DNA of 52,101 bases, filler included, from Squatina squatina (taxonomy: Eukaryota), in assembly GCA_031763465.1 (NCBI GenBank). It is 3 parts of 3 records of this genome, joined end to end, with 100 filler letters (N's around TTAATTAATTAA, not from the genome) between each part and the next. Parts side by side here need not be neighbours in the genome. Positions count along the whole stretch, not along the records: positions 15,877 to 34,464 come from JARFOE010000203.1; positions 34,565 to 52,101 come from JARFOE010000115.1; 1 more part is not named here. One strand, given 5' to 3'. The notes under the pieces are model-generated. The model saw nothing but the letters and a program-made list of their open reading frames with translations. It had not been told where the DNA came from and ran no database searches. Below, piece by piece: positions 24,813-37,475 of this stretch; the first letter of the stretch is position 1, and every line of letters starts with the position of its first letter. A program made the position numbers and the translations under genes.

Positions 24813-27758
24813 NNNNNNNNNNNNNNNNNNNNNNNNNNNNNNNNNNNNNNNNNNNNNNNNNNNNNNNNNNNNNNNNNNNNNNNNNNNNNNNNNNNNNNNN
24901 NNNNNNNNNNNNAGAGGGTCTTTTCCTGTCTGTCATTGTTTGTGGGGTTTGTATAATAACGTGCTTCTGCCTTACTCTGAATGAAATGTTCAGTTTCTCT
25001 GGTCTGCTGCAGTTAAACATCTCTTGCTCCTGGTCCCAGGAAAAGTTTCATTAAAATCTGTCTGCAACTTACTGAGCTGGAACTCCATTAATAACAATTC
25101 CATTTGTTGACCTCATCAAGTTTGTACGAAGGAGGTGCTACCAGGTAGAGTTATCCTTAAAGCTGTCATACTTGTAATTCCAGGAAAGGACTTTCATCAA
25201 TGCTGAAATTAAACAATGTTTACTTAATTATCTTCATCTATCTGCTGGAATACGGTCAGCGTGGGCACCGAGTACAATGGGAGAAGATGTATAAGATTTC
25301 TAATTTAAGGTTCATCGTGAAAAATGGCCTCATTAACATGATTTACAACGCAGTTCATTTGCTTTCCTGTCTGATTTATCTACTTCAGAAATACACAACA
25401 GAATGGCTGCTGCCATGACACACACATTATCCCCCAGGAAATAATATCTTCCTCATTATCCAGCTGTTCGAAATGACTGTATTCCTGTCCTGGATGAGAA
25501 CTGTAAAAGTTTCAAAATACACGGACAGTAAGGAAAGGCAAGCAATTTGGGTTCCACATTACTGTCTTTTGTGGATTTATGCAAAGCAATTATCGATGGC
25601 CGTTAGCACCTCTGGGGTAGTGTTATGGAGGCACTACGAGAGGTCCTGCTGGGAGCGCCCCACTCGGCTGTGCACGGCGATAATGACGTCATCGCTGTGC
25701 GCATCGCCCCCTTGCTGCCCCAGAAGTTAAATTGCCCTGCGCAACCTACTTTAGGGCCTGGCGATGTCAATGCCAGCTTCAGCAGTCAAGTTGCAGTCGG
25801 GAACCAGTTGGAGCACTGCTATTTAAAGGCACAATCTTGAAAAGTATTTTCTGTNNNNNNNNNNNNNNNNNNNNNNNNNNNNNNNNNNNNNNNNNNNNNN
25901 NNNNNNNNNNNNNNNNNNNNNNNNNNNNNNNNNNNNNNNNNNNNNNNNNNNNNNGTAGAAATAGGGAATTACAAAGCCATAAAACATGCTCCTGCCTGGT
26001 TCTCAGGGGAGGTGTAGCATGAAGAGCACTTACCTAGTTTAAAGAAATTGAAAGTAATCACAAGGCAGTTTGGATGATAGACCTGGCACAGTTAGAAACA
26101 GAGGGAGCGGAAAAAAAATTAGGCCAAGTTCCATTACATTATTTTTAAATGTTTCAAGTATATGAAATGTCTCATATTTGCAGTTGTAATATTGCCCCAA
26201 TTTAGTGTCGTGTTTTCGATTGCGAAAAAAAAAATTACTTTCAGGTTTTTATGTCATTGTGAACTTCAAGTATTCTGATGGATGAACCAGTTTAGCTAAA
26301 TTGTGCAATGTTCATTGCTTTCACATCTTCATTTCAAATTAAGTGTTTGAAGTCTCCTGCGTGCCCATCGATGGCACGGGTACTTATGACGTTTTTGATC
26401 TGCTGCAACTGCCTGCTGGACTTGGATGCTCTGACTGATTTTGAGATTGGTGAGCTAGTGCTGTTAAAGGCACACTTATAGTGCATGCTTTGCATTGGTG
26501 CAGCATGGGTGTCATGGCATATTAACCCAAAAACTGAATTGTGATTGAAGTTTCTGAGCTTACTGTGCATTATGTTTGGGCAAGCAAGGTTCATCGTTGT
26601 GTTTGTCCATTCTTGGAGTTGAGGNNNNNNNNNNNNNNNNNNNNNNNNNNNNNNNNNNNNNNNNNNNNNNNNNNNNNNNNNNNNNNNNNNNNNNNNNNNN
26701 NNNNNNNNNNNNNNNNNNNNNNNNGTGTGCGTCACATACCTGATGCATTCTTGAGGCAACGCATTACTGGAAGCAAAGTAAGTGGAATGCATTGGCTTTA
26801 AATTACTCATCATTAATAGTTATCATTCAACTGAACAATGGGTAATCACAGCATTCTAATGAACATGCATTTCTTTGGATTAAAATTCCTTACAGCAGAC
26901 TATACAATATTTAACTTGCTTGTTACAGGCTTCTCAGTACAAAACAGCCTCGTTTGAATAAAACCCTACCTGTTTGTAACTTCTAACTAAGTTCTAGCTC
27001 ATAAACACTTGAAAAATCAATCCTTATTTCACAGCTCATTAATATCCAAACGTATCCTGTGCTGATTGCAATTAGGGTGATGGCAAGCAGACTTGAGATT
27101 TTCCATTAGCAGTTTCCACAGTCATAATTTTCCAGGCAATTGTCCGATAAATACTTCACGCCATCATTAGGTTGAGCAGGTGTTTGTGCAGCTATCCAGC
27201 AAAAGTGAACACAGACTTTGTGGAGGTTGCAGAATGTGGTGGGAAGGGGGGCAACAAATGGAAGTATTGTGCTAACGGATTGGAACTAAGAGGAAGGAAC
27301 ATCCGCTGATTACACAATAGGTGATCCTTGAAGTTGTTTCTTCTCTTATTCTGATGGAAAATGTTACGCCCAGGAGTTAAATTAGGGCGTCTTCATAATG
27401 GTCTAAAAATGGCAAATCCAAGATAATANNNNNNNNNNNNNNNNNNNNNNNNNNNNNNNNNNNNNNNNNNNNNNNNNNNNNNNNNNNNNNNNNNNNNNNN
27501 NNNNNNNNNNNNNNNNNNNNNNNNNNNNTGTCCTGCAATATGTTTGGGTGATGTGGATGTCATGATTGAATAACTGCCAGTGTGAGGCTTGCAACAGTGC
27601 TAAGTATGTGAGGGTAAGGTAAAGCAGATGACTGAAGGGCTGAATGCTGATTGATGGAGATTGTTGGTAGGCAGATAATGGGGTGTAGTGAATGAGCAGT
27701 GGATGAGGCTAGTGGAGCAGTTGGGAGGATATGCCATTTAAAGATTGAACTCACTCAC

Positions 27759-28002
27759 CTTGACAACTCAGATGCGTCAGATCATTAAACTTCTTCCTGC
27801 ACTGCATCCATGTTCTTGGAGCTGTACTCCTGGCATTGACCTCTGCTGCTACTTCCTCCTACTGCCTCCTGAGCGTATGTCTTGAGGGCCTCCTGCCTCC
27901 CTGCGGGTATTGGATGTTCATCCTTCTCTCTATCCCTTGCAGCACAGCCTCCAGTGCATTATCAGAAAACCTTGGTGCTGATTCTATCACATGCTCAGCT
28001 AT
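27759..28002 (-). pseudogene. Myb/SANT-like (trihelix) DNA-binding domain exon of a Harbinger transposon, inactivated
   Basis: Manual translation: SAPRFSDNALEAVLQGIERRMNIQYPQGGRRPSRHTLRRQ*EEVAAEVNARSTAPRTWMQCRKKFNDL. The conserved Trp is TAG. Ends at an AAG|GTGAGT donor. A terminus-like sequence (ttatccaattaaccccc) lies near 28434. Confidence 0.8.
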
Positions 28003-29169
28003 TCTCAAAGTATTACAGCCAATGTTTCTGGACGCACACCAATTTGGATATCCCGCACAGATCGCTCACTAACTGCTGCTGCTGCAAGAGATGCCGTGCA
28101 GCAGATTTGAAGGGACGGCGCACGAAAAAAAAATTAGAGGGAAAATTGATTACAGCACAGATTCAATCACAAAGAACTCCCACCACTTGCAGCCACAATG
28201 CACCTCCCCTTTTAAGGGGTGCAGGCTGCTTTCAAGTTGCCCAAATTCCAAGGCAGTAGTCAGAGCTTCAGTGGAAGCTGTGAATTGGCTCGCCACTCAC
28301 AATATCGGGTGTCCTGCTGATGTGTGCAACCGATGAACAGTGCAGCTAACGCTGGTTGCACACAGCAATCACGTAAAATGTACCACGTACCACGATCCCC
28401 ACTCCTGTTTTTGGGGGTTATCCAATTAACCCCCTTGAACTCTTTCATACAGGTGATAGATTTAAATTGCTTGCATAAATGTGCCGAGAATTGAACTCTC
28501 ACCCTACCACCTTGTCGGCTTAGAAGACTTGATTTTTAAGCAATTTGGAACTCTTCCAAGATTTCTTCAAAACCTGCCCATACTTTTCTACTTCTCAATC
28601 TTCTGTTCAACTTCCTGATTGGCATGTGAAAGACCTACAGGTGGATCACAGCTGGGAAATATTTGGATTCCAGGCACAGTGAAGAACCAGAACAGGTGGA
28701 GACCCACTACATCTGGCCTCCGCCCCTACTGTTGTGTTTCAGGTTTTTCTGTGGCTTCCCAAAGTTGTATCACTTCCATTCTTTTATAGACTGCACTTCA
28801 CAAAGCAAAGCTACCTTTCTCACCTATTTTGATGTCTGAACGATCAAACTGATTCATTTTATTGCAAGGATTCATCTTTTAGGTGTCAACCACCTTACAA
28901 AAACACATGACAAGGACCTATAATGAACAATTATTAACTATGAAACAAGAAGTAGGCTTGTTTACCAGTTTATTACTCCTTTCACTTTCCTGTCCTTTAA
29001 CAGCTGAAAAACACTAGATAAAAATAACATTTCCGGTCTTGATTATCTCGACCACACAGCTTCACTTATATGTTATGGCCTTGATAACTTAGATCTGCCA
29101 GCTCCTGCTGGAGCCAGCTGCTGGTTCTATGAGTCCCAAGTACTGTCTGAACTTCCCAGAATCTGAGAA

Positions 29170-29650
29170 TCACACAGGAGGAGGCCATTTGGGTCTTCGA
29201 GCCTGTGGAAACATAGGAACAGGAATAGGCCATTTAGCCCCATGAGCCTGCGCCGCCATTCAATGAGATCATGGCTGATCTGCAACCTAACTCCAAATAC
29301 CCACCTTTGGCCCATATCCCTTTGGTTAACAGAAAGCTATGAATCCCTGATTTAAAATTAACAATTGATCTGGCATCAATTGCCGTTTGTGCAACAGAGT
29401 TCCAAACTCCTACCATGCTTTGTGTGAAGTGGTTCCTAATTTCCCTCCTGAAAAGTCTGGCTCTAATTTTTAGACTATGCCCCCTAGTCCTAGAATCCCC
29501 AACCAGTGGAAATAGTTTCTCTCTATCCACCCTATCTGTTCCCCTTAATATCTTGAAAACTTCGATCAGATCACCCCATAACTTCTAAATTCAAGGGAAA
29601 CAACCCTAATTTGTGGAATTGCTCCTCGTAACTTAACCCTTGAAGTCCGA
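29170..29650 (-). mobile_element. CR1 LINE 3' end
   Basis: DREKLFPLVGDSRTRGHSLKIRARLFRREIRNHFTQSMVGVWNS ORF2 C-terminus. Confidence 0.9.
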
Positions 29651-29726
29651 GTTCTGATGAAGGGTCATCGACCTGAAACGTTAACTCTGTTTCTCTCTCC
29701 ACAGATGCTGCCTGACCTGCTGAGTA
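29651..29726 (+). mobile_element. Penelope-like element terminal fragment inserted in or next to CR1
   Basis: Reverse complement of the 17.96-kb motif. Confidence 0.65.
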
Positions 29727-32700
29727 NNNNNNNNNNNNNNNNNNNNNNNNNNNNNNNNNNNNNNNNNNNNNNNNNNNNNNNNNNNNNNNNNNNNNNNNNN
29801 NNNNNNNNNNNNNNNNNNNNNNNNNNTAGCATACAAATGCCATTTCTGAAATGATCATTAGCCTACGCAGCAGGAAGTGTTTTATCTTAGAGACATTTAC
29901 TGGCTGCCTGCAGAGAGCAAAACAGCTTCCTCTGATCAAAAATGTCATTTAAGAATTTCTTCCCTACATGGAACAGCTGTTCCGAGAATTAAGAGTCTCA
30001 GCTTTTACAAACTTGCACACTTAATATTTCTTAACTTTCTATTCTTTGATCTATGCCGAACATTTTTTTAAAAAAGCCTGCAAAATTTAAATTGGCTAAG
30101 TAAATTAACACAGCACATTTTCATTATTTAAACAGCGACCACAATTCTAAATGAACAGGTTTAATCATAAGTGTGGGTACAGGGCCTGTAATACAATCAG
30201 GGTTTTAATGCAGTCCTTGCTATTTGAACAGCTTGCTCACTTTTCCATCAGTTATGATTGCTTGTGATTGTTAGCTGCCTTTGAGCTAATATTGTAAATT
30301 TTCGGGTGAAAAAAATTTAATGAAAAGTGACGNNNNNNNNNNNNNNNNNNNNNNNNNNNNNNNNNNNNNNNNNNNNNNNNNNNNNNNNNNNNNNNNNNNN
30401 NNNNNNNNNNNNNNNNNNNNNNNNNNNNNNNNAGGTAGACTTGAGTTTTATACAGAGTAAGTGGAAAAAGGATGTATCAACTGCTTTAAACAGTCAGGTT
30501 TCCAATTCACTATTAATGCTGGTAACTGTGAATCCATCGAATGTTTTTGATATAATCTGCTCCCTCAAATGGAAAAATTCAGTTTAAAAAAAAAAGCCTG
30601 CAACCTCTGAAAAGTGTTTGTAACAAGTTTAAAGAAATGTTTTAAACTGCAAGCTGTACTCTGCGTTTCGTGTTTTTGGTTTAAATTAGGCGTAGTTGTA
30701 CTCTCTGAAGCGTCCTGTATGGTTTTTGGCTGTGCATTTTGTGCTCATCAAGGGAGAAGGATGTCAGTGCAGAGGAGTGGAACATTTTTCCAGCACTGCA
30801 CCATTGTGACATTTCTATTTCCCAAAGCAGTCAGCCACAGCCTCGAGCTATCTCTGAGTGAGACCATCAATTTCACGTTAATTAGCACTGAGGTTACAAT
30901 CAGTCTTGTGCTGAGAATTCACACTCGCATTGCCTGGGTTGAGAGATCGGACGCTCTCATTTCATACCAGACCCTTTCAACCATCAGAGAATGAAGGCTA
31001 ACAGCCTATTATTCCGTCTGGTTCTAGCCCAAATTTCAAAGGNNNNNNNNNNTGCTCAACCTTTCTATATTCTAAAATACATTGTGTTAGCTTGGTTCAG
31101 TCAGTAGCATTCAGGCCTGTGAGTCAAAAGGCTGTGGTTGAAGTCCCAATCGGTTATTTGAGCATATAATGGCGGCTGACATTTCCATGTCTTATTGAGG
31201 GAATGCTGCATTATCAGAAGTGCGGTCTTTCAAATATTACAGTAAAATGTTTGTTTGTGGACATTAAGAGGGAGAAATTCAGCTCTGGTTGCACCCCGTT
31301 AGTGCCGCCGAGGGATGCTAACGAGGTGATGCTGGACAAAATGGCGCCGGGGGCGGGGCGGCCATCTCGCCTCCTGGGGAATTCAGCTGGGGGGAAAAGG
31401 CCTTTACGCCTGGCCTACCGAATTCCACNNNNNNNNNNNNNNNNNNNNNNNNNNNNNNNNNNNNNNNNNNNNNNNNNNNNNNNNNNNNNNNNNNNNNNNN
31501 NNNNNNNNNNNNNNNNNNNNNNNNNNNNTGAACCTTAGATCTGCTGGTTGGACAAACTGTCAAACCCGATCTGCACTGAGTGCAGCTTACCCCACACGAG
31601 TGAATATGTGTGCATGCAAATGCTGCTCAAACACCCGCTGGGGACATCGTGCCTACCCAACCCAGACTGGCAGGTCATAAGTAACGTGTTCATGCTTCAG
31701 CCTGTCAGGGTCACATGCCTGCCAGTCTTTCCACTGTGGGATTCAGAATCTGAGCAAGGGACGTTGGGACACATATTGCGGAATTCGTCTGTTCTCTGAA
31801 CTGGAATTAACAGCCATTGGGGGAATGGCTGAAAGTGCAACCTAGGCTTGGAATACATTACCATCCCTGCTGCACATGTATTCAGATTTGAAGATGTACA
31901 ATCAGCGTGTCGCATGAGAATAAAACAGGGCAAGTATTGAATCGTATCAAGCCAGACATTACTGTTGGCAATAAATGGGTTAACACCGCCATCAAATCTC
32001 ATACAAATGCATTAAGCATACTCCAACTATTATACCCAACAGTAATTTCTAGCCTATTATTATGAAAATTTTATAAATTGCATCTGACTGACCTCATTTA
32101 GAAATGACCTCAGCGTCACCCCTTACGCCATAATTACTGGCATAATCCAATCACGCCGACTGCAAAACTGGTGCCTTATTTCCCGGAGTGAACACATTTC
32201 AAGCCATGATTATGAGCATGCTCCTCTCTGAATTAAATGGAACAGTACAAAATATTTAATGCTTTTATTTTGAGGGGGAAGAAATCCAAAACACAAAATG
32301 GAAACGTACGGTCTTGTGAAGGACAGCCACATGTTCCGTGTTGTTCACGTGCTTTTAGTGGGACCTGAAACACATACATTATTAACCAACACGTCCCTGG
32401 TTAAATGCTTCCTGTAATTTTCTCTCCTCTATGATTTATAACNNNNNNNNNNNNNNNNNNNNNNNNNNNNNNNNNNNNNNNNNNNNNNNNNNNNNNNNNN
32501 NNNNNNNNNNNNNNNNNNNNNNNNNNNNNNNNNNNNNNNNNNAAGATTGAGATCCTACTCAGTGCCTTTGCAACATCAGTAAGACTTCATTCCTGCAAGT
32601 GGAGGAAAAATCAAGGAAATCGCTCTCTCCTCAGATGCCTTCGCACATTTTTTTTCTTCTGAAAGTGGGTTTCCAGAACTGTCATTCACACGACAGATTC

Positions 32701-33889
32701 TGAAATTCAATTTGAGTTTTGTCAGGTTAGTAAATGACATTCTTCGGATTGTTTCTCCAGTAAATATACTCAAACATAAAAAAAATGAAAATGCAGCCAG
32801 GGAAAGAAAGTGGATTATGTGGATTTGAAGCATCTCAGTGGAATGTATATCTTATTGGTATTCAAAGATAGCTGAAGTAAGCTGGTCCAGTGTTGCTGCA
32901 TCTCAGCATTCAAGGCAAGCTCATGCTCCGAGGAGTATTTGAAGGCGAGATGCAGGCTGGCTATACTCAGTATTAACATGCTATTGCAGAATATGCATGC
33001 TTTTCACTGAAAGACCTGCATTATTTCTCGTATCAGGCAATCTCATTGCCACAACTNNNNNNNNNNNNNNNNNNNNNNNNNNNNNNNNNNNNNNNNNNNN
33101 NNNNNNNNNNNNNNNNNNNNNNNNNNNNNNNNNNNNNNNNNNNNNNNNNNNNNNNNGTTCAATTTGGAACAAACCAATAAATCCAGAGGGGACCGAAAGT
33201 AATTAACAATGAACCTGAACGCTCTCTTCATTTATTGATTGTGAAATTTCTTCCGAGTTGATAAATGTCACTGATCCTGCATCAGCATATTGTGGTTTCT
33301 TCCTGAGAACATGGTCATCCTTGTCTGTGCCATTTATAGGTGAGCAGTGAATGAATAAACTGAAAAATTAAACCTCCTGAATACCCTGCAGCTTAATCCG
33401 TGTTAATGTGACATGAGGAGGTTAAGGAGGGGATGATTAGCAGATTAGGTGAATTCAATAGCACTCTCTGCCTTCTGGCTTCCAGTGTCAATAGAAGTAG
33501 TTTATTAAAAAAAAGAATTAATCAATGTGTGGATGATAGTTTACAGTAGGTCTGAAAGCATCTCTTGCCAGTCACTGACAGATTAAGGATTGCTTAATCA
33601 AATTGGGATTCAGTTTGAATAATAGGCTGTTTAGTTGCCCAGTGGCTTGGATGATTTAAGCAGCTCAACTCTCCTTCTCTGTGTGTGTGCAGTATGTTAA
33701 GTATCGCTTTAATCCCCCATTGCAGTACAGTAACAAAATAAATTTATGCTACTTGCATTGCGTAGCACCTCATCACACTGAATGCCTTGAAGTGCTTCGC
33801 ACAATGAATTGCTTTTGGAGTGCAGTGACTTCTACTATGCAGTAGTTATTGTGCATTACAATGTCCCACAAGCAGGCAGTGAGATGAAT

Positions 33890-34345
33890 TGGGGAAATCA
33901 AATCCGATTGGGTGACCGCCTTGCGAACACCTCTGTAGAACCATGACAGGGGTCACAGGCATAAGCTGGCATCATAGCATACCAGGGCATGACTCAACGT
34001 TCAACACCGTGTACCTTGCCACAGTAGACCACAGTTGGAAGAGTAGAGTATACAAGCTGGAGGAGGGTAGGCAGGAGGGGTGGGCTAAGGTCTTGCTGGG
34101 AGCTGTAAAATTAGGATTTTGAACTGGGTGTGGTGGGGAGGAGATGGTAGTTGAGCTTGATGAGGACAAGAGTGGTACGTGACCCCAAGCTTCCGGTCGC
34201 CTGTCACTTTAATTCTCCGCCCTACTCTGATCTCTCGATCTTTGGCATCCTCCACTGTTCGTAAGCTCGAGGAACAACACCTCATCTTTCGATTAGGCAC
34301 TTTATATCCTTCTGGACTCAACATCGAGTTCAATAATTTCAGACC
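33890..34345 (+). mobile_element. Penelope-like GIY-YIG endonuclease C-terminal fragment with an internal insertion of about 240 bp
   Basis: RLGDRL(A)EH-like segment near 33905-33930, then DPKLPVACHFNS and RKLEEQHLIFRLGTLYPSGLNIEFNNFR at 34180-34345. Confidence 0.75.
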
Positions 34346-34464
34346 ACAAGGTCCCACACAAGAGATTAGTGTGCAAACTTAAAGCAAATGGTATTGGGGG
34401 TAATGTATTGATGTGGATAGAGAGCTGGTTGGCAGACAGGAAGCAAAGGGTAGGTATAAACGGG
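34345..34464 (+). mobile_element. CR1 RT fragment
   Basis: KVPHKRLVCKLKANGIGGNVLMWIESWLADRKQRVGING. Confidence 0.85.
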
Positions 34465-34564
34465 NNNNNNNNNNNNNNNNNNNNNNNNNNNNNNNNNNNN
34501 NNNNNNNNTTAATTAATTAANNNNNNNNNNNNNNNNNNNNNNNNNNNNNNNNNNNNNNNNNNNN
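34465..34564. other. Artificial scaffold-joining spacer N44-TTAATTAATTAA-N44
   Basis: Identical to 15777-15876. Confidence 0.97.
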
Positions 34565-37224
34565 TGTTTCTAGTACTGAATCTATTTGTCTTTGAGTTGA
34601 GGAACAGACGGGGAGTTGTTACCTTGTTGTGAGTTTTTTTATAGAGCTCCAAACAGTCAGAAGGAGATAGATGGGCAAATTATTCGGCAAACTTCAAAGG
34701 TGTGTAACAAAAGTAGAATAGTATTTGGAGATTTTGGGGGCAAAATCCCCCTATTTTCTCACCCTGTTAGTGCCAATGAGGGGTGTTAATAGGGTGGAAA
34801 TTGAGAAAATGGCAGTGGGAGGCAGCAATCTCACCTTCCAGAAAATTGCCCGGGTGGTCTCCAAGGCATGCCTCGCCTAGGGAATTTCATGGCGGGTTGG
34901 TGTGCAACGTCATCAAATTGCCGCCAACCCTTTTGCGCTGCTGATGTCATCAGTTCCCCGCTGCCGACGCAATCAACGGATGCCAGCTGTGCACCGGCAC
35001 AACGTCCCAGGAGTGAGACGGACAGCGCTCTGCCTCATTTCCATGGTGCAAAGACAAATTTATCGGCAGGGGCGCTACTTCCAGAGCCGCCGCAATTTGA
35101 CTCAGTCCAGGAAGTTTAGCACTTCTTTGGCGCACCGAGGGAAATTTCACCCCTTTATTTACCCTAATATAGACTGGGAAAAACATAGTGCTAAGGGTAG
35201 GAAAGGAGAGAAATTTCCGATGTGCTTTGGAGAACATTCTTGATCAATATGTCTCCAGTCCAATAAGAAAGGAAGCAGTGTTGGATCTGGTTCTGGGAAA
35301 TGAAGTAGGACAAGTGGAGTGTGTTACAGTAGAAGATCATCTAGCTANNNNNNNNNNNNNNNNNNNNNNNNNNNNNNNNNNNNNNNNNNNNNNNNNNNNN
35401 NNNNNNNNNNNNNNNNNNNNNNNNNNNNNNNNNNNNNNNNNNNNNNNCATGGTCCTGGGACTGAATCTGTTTGGCCTGAGTTGAGGAACAGAGGGGAAAT
35501 TGTTGCACTGTTGGGAGTTGTTTTTACAGAGCTCCAAACAGTGAGAAGGAGCGAGACGAGCAAATTTATCAGTAAATTTCAAAGACACGTGTAATAAAAA
35601 TAGAGCAGTAACGGGGCAGTAATATTAGGAGACTTTAATTACTCTAGTATAGACTGGGAGAACATACTGCTAAGGGTAGGGAAGGAGAGGAATTTCTGAT
35701 ACGTGTGCAGGAGAACTTTCTCGATTAATATGTCTCTAGTCCAACAAGGAAGGAAGCAGTGTTGGATCTGGTTCTGGGAAATGAAATAGGGCAAGCGAAC
35801 TGTGTTACAGAAGGAGATCACCTCGCAAACAGTGACCACAACAGAATTTGGTTTAAAGTAATTATGGATAGAGGACAGAAAATATTGAAGGTAAAAATGC
35901 TCAACTGGGGAAGAGCTATTGAAGAAGGGACTGAGCACTGGTGGATTGAAAAATGCAATTGCTGGTAAAGCAGTAATGGAGGGAAGAGATAGTTCAGGTA
36001 TAAATGAAGTATATTCCTTCAAAGGGAAAAGGNNNNNNNNNNCAAAGCTAATCCGTCCTAAATGGCAAAGGAAATAAAAGATAAAATAAAACGGAAAAAA
36101 GAGGCTTATGACAAATGTCAGGAGCAAATTTGGTTAATAGCCAGGAAGATTATGGAAAGTACAGGATGGAATTGAATAAGTTAATACAGGATGCAAAGAC
36201 AGGTTATGAGAAAAGATTAACTGGCAATATTAAGTTGAACCATAAGACATTTTAGAAACATATAAATTAACTAGCTAGGAAANNNNNNNNNNNNNNNNNN
36301 NNNNNNNNNNNNNNNNNNNNNNNNNNNNNNNNNNNNNNNNNNNNNNNNNNNNNNNNNNNNNNNNNNNNNNNNNNNNNNNNNNATAGGGGCAAAGAGGGGT
36401 CCACAAAGATGCTGCCAGGAAAGAAACAGCAGCAAAGATCATTCTACTATTCATTTATCTCAGGGCATTACATTTTGAATCAAATCAATACTACATTGGC
36501 CTTTCAATATGAACTTATCAGGATTCTTTTTGCATCAAAAGTATTGTGGTGAATTCCTCAAGTTAATATCTTAACAATGTATTAAAATTGCACTCCGAGT
36601 TAACTTATAAACAATCACACAGCATGAACATAAAGAAGGCATGAAAACAGCAAACATATCATTTGCCTGAAACGTACACAGTTAAATAAAATAAAAACTG
36701 TCTTGAAGGAATGCATCAAGGCTAGCCAACATAATGAAGTAATGCAAATGGAGGATGTTACAGTCAGAGATCATCTAGCTAATAGTGACCACAACATAAT
36801 TTAGTTATGGAAAGTGATTGAAAATATCGAAGGTAAAAATGCTCAACTGGGCAAGAGCTACTTTCAGTGATTTAAGAAGGCACCTAGCTCAGGTAGATTG
36901 GAAAATGCGATTGCAGGGTAAAGCAGTAATGGAGTAATGGAGGGCATTCAGGGAAGAGATAGTTCAGGTACAAACTAGGTGTATTCTTTTGAAGGGAAAA
37001 GGTAAAGCTCATGCACCCTGGATGACAAAGGAAATAAAAGTTAAAACTAAAACAGAAAAAGGAGGCTCAGAACAACTATCAGGAGCAAGATTCAGTTAAT
37101 ATCCTGGAAGATTATGGATAGCACAGGAGGAAATTGAAAAAGTTAATATGGGAGGAAGAGAGTTTACGAGAAAAGATTAGCAGGCAACTTTAAATTTAAC
37201 CCTAAAACTTTTCATAAAAATATA
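34565..37224 (+). mobile_element. Cluster of three CR1 APE-endonuclease-region fragments (34565-35347, 35448-36282, 36735-37224)
   Basis: ESVW.ELRN, GDFNY..IDW, EAVLDLVLGNE, DHLANSDHN motifs, repeated in diverged same-orientation copies. Confidence 0.85.
34736..35153. mobile_element. GC-rich MITE-like element (about 418 bp) nested in CR1
   Basis: Imperfect TIRs GGGGCAAAATCCCC / GGGAAATTTCACCCC. The neighbouring CR1 copy (35620-35660) is continuous across this site. Confidence 0.75.
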
Positions 37225-37475
37225 GGGGTAGAAATTCCGTACCACTTGCGAGGCACAAGACTTTGCGCTAGGCACAGAAGTCTCGCCTCTCGTGAGAAAT
37301 TTAGGGTTACCGCCCCTAAAAACAAGTGGAGTGCTAAAGGAAGCACTCCACTTGCTTTCTGGCGTGCTAGAGGGGCGCGAGCAGGGCAAACACATTGGAG
37401 AGCAGGGCACAGCGCTACACACTGGGCCACATAGCACTGTTGTGTAGGAGGGGCTCTTCCCTTAATTAAAGGGAA
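37225..37475. mobile_element. Left part of a GC-rich MITE-like element inserted in CR1
   Basis: Abrupt start GGGGTAGAAATTCC after tata. CR1 copy 2 (near 36260) has no such sequence at the equivalent position. Confidence 0.65.
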
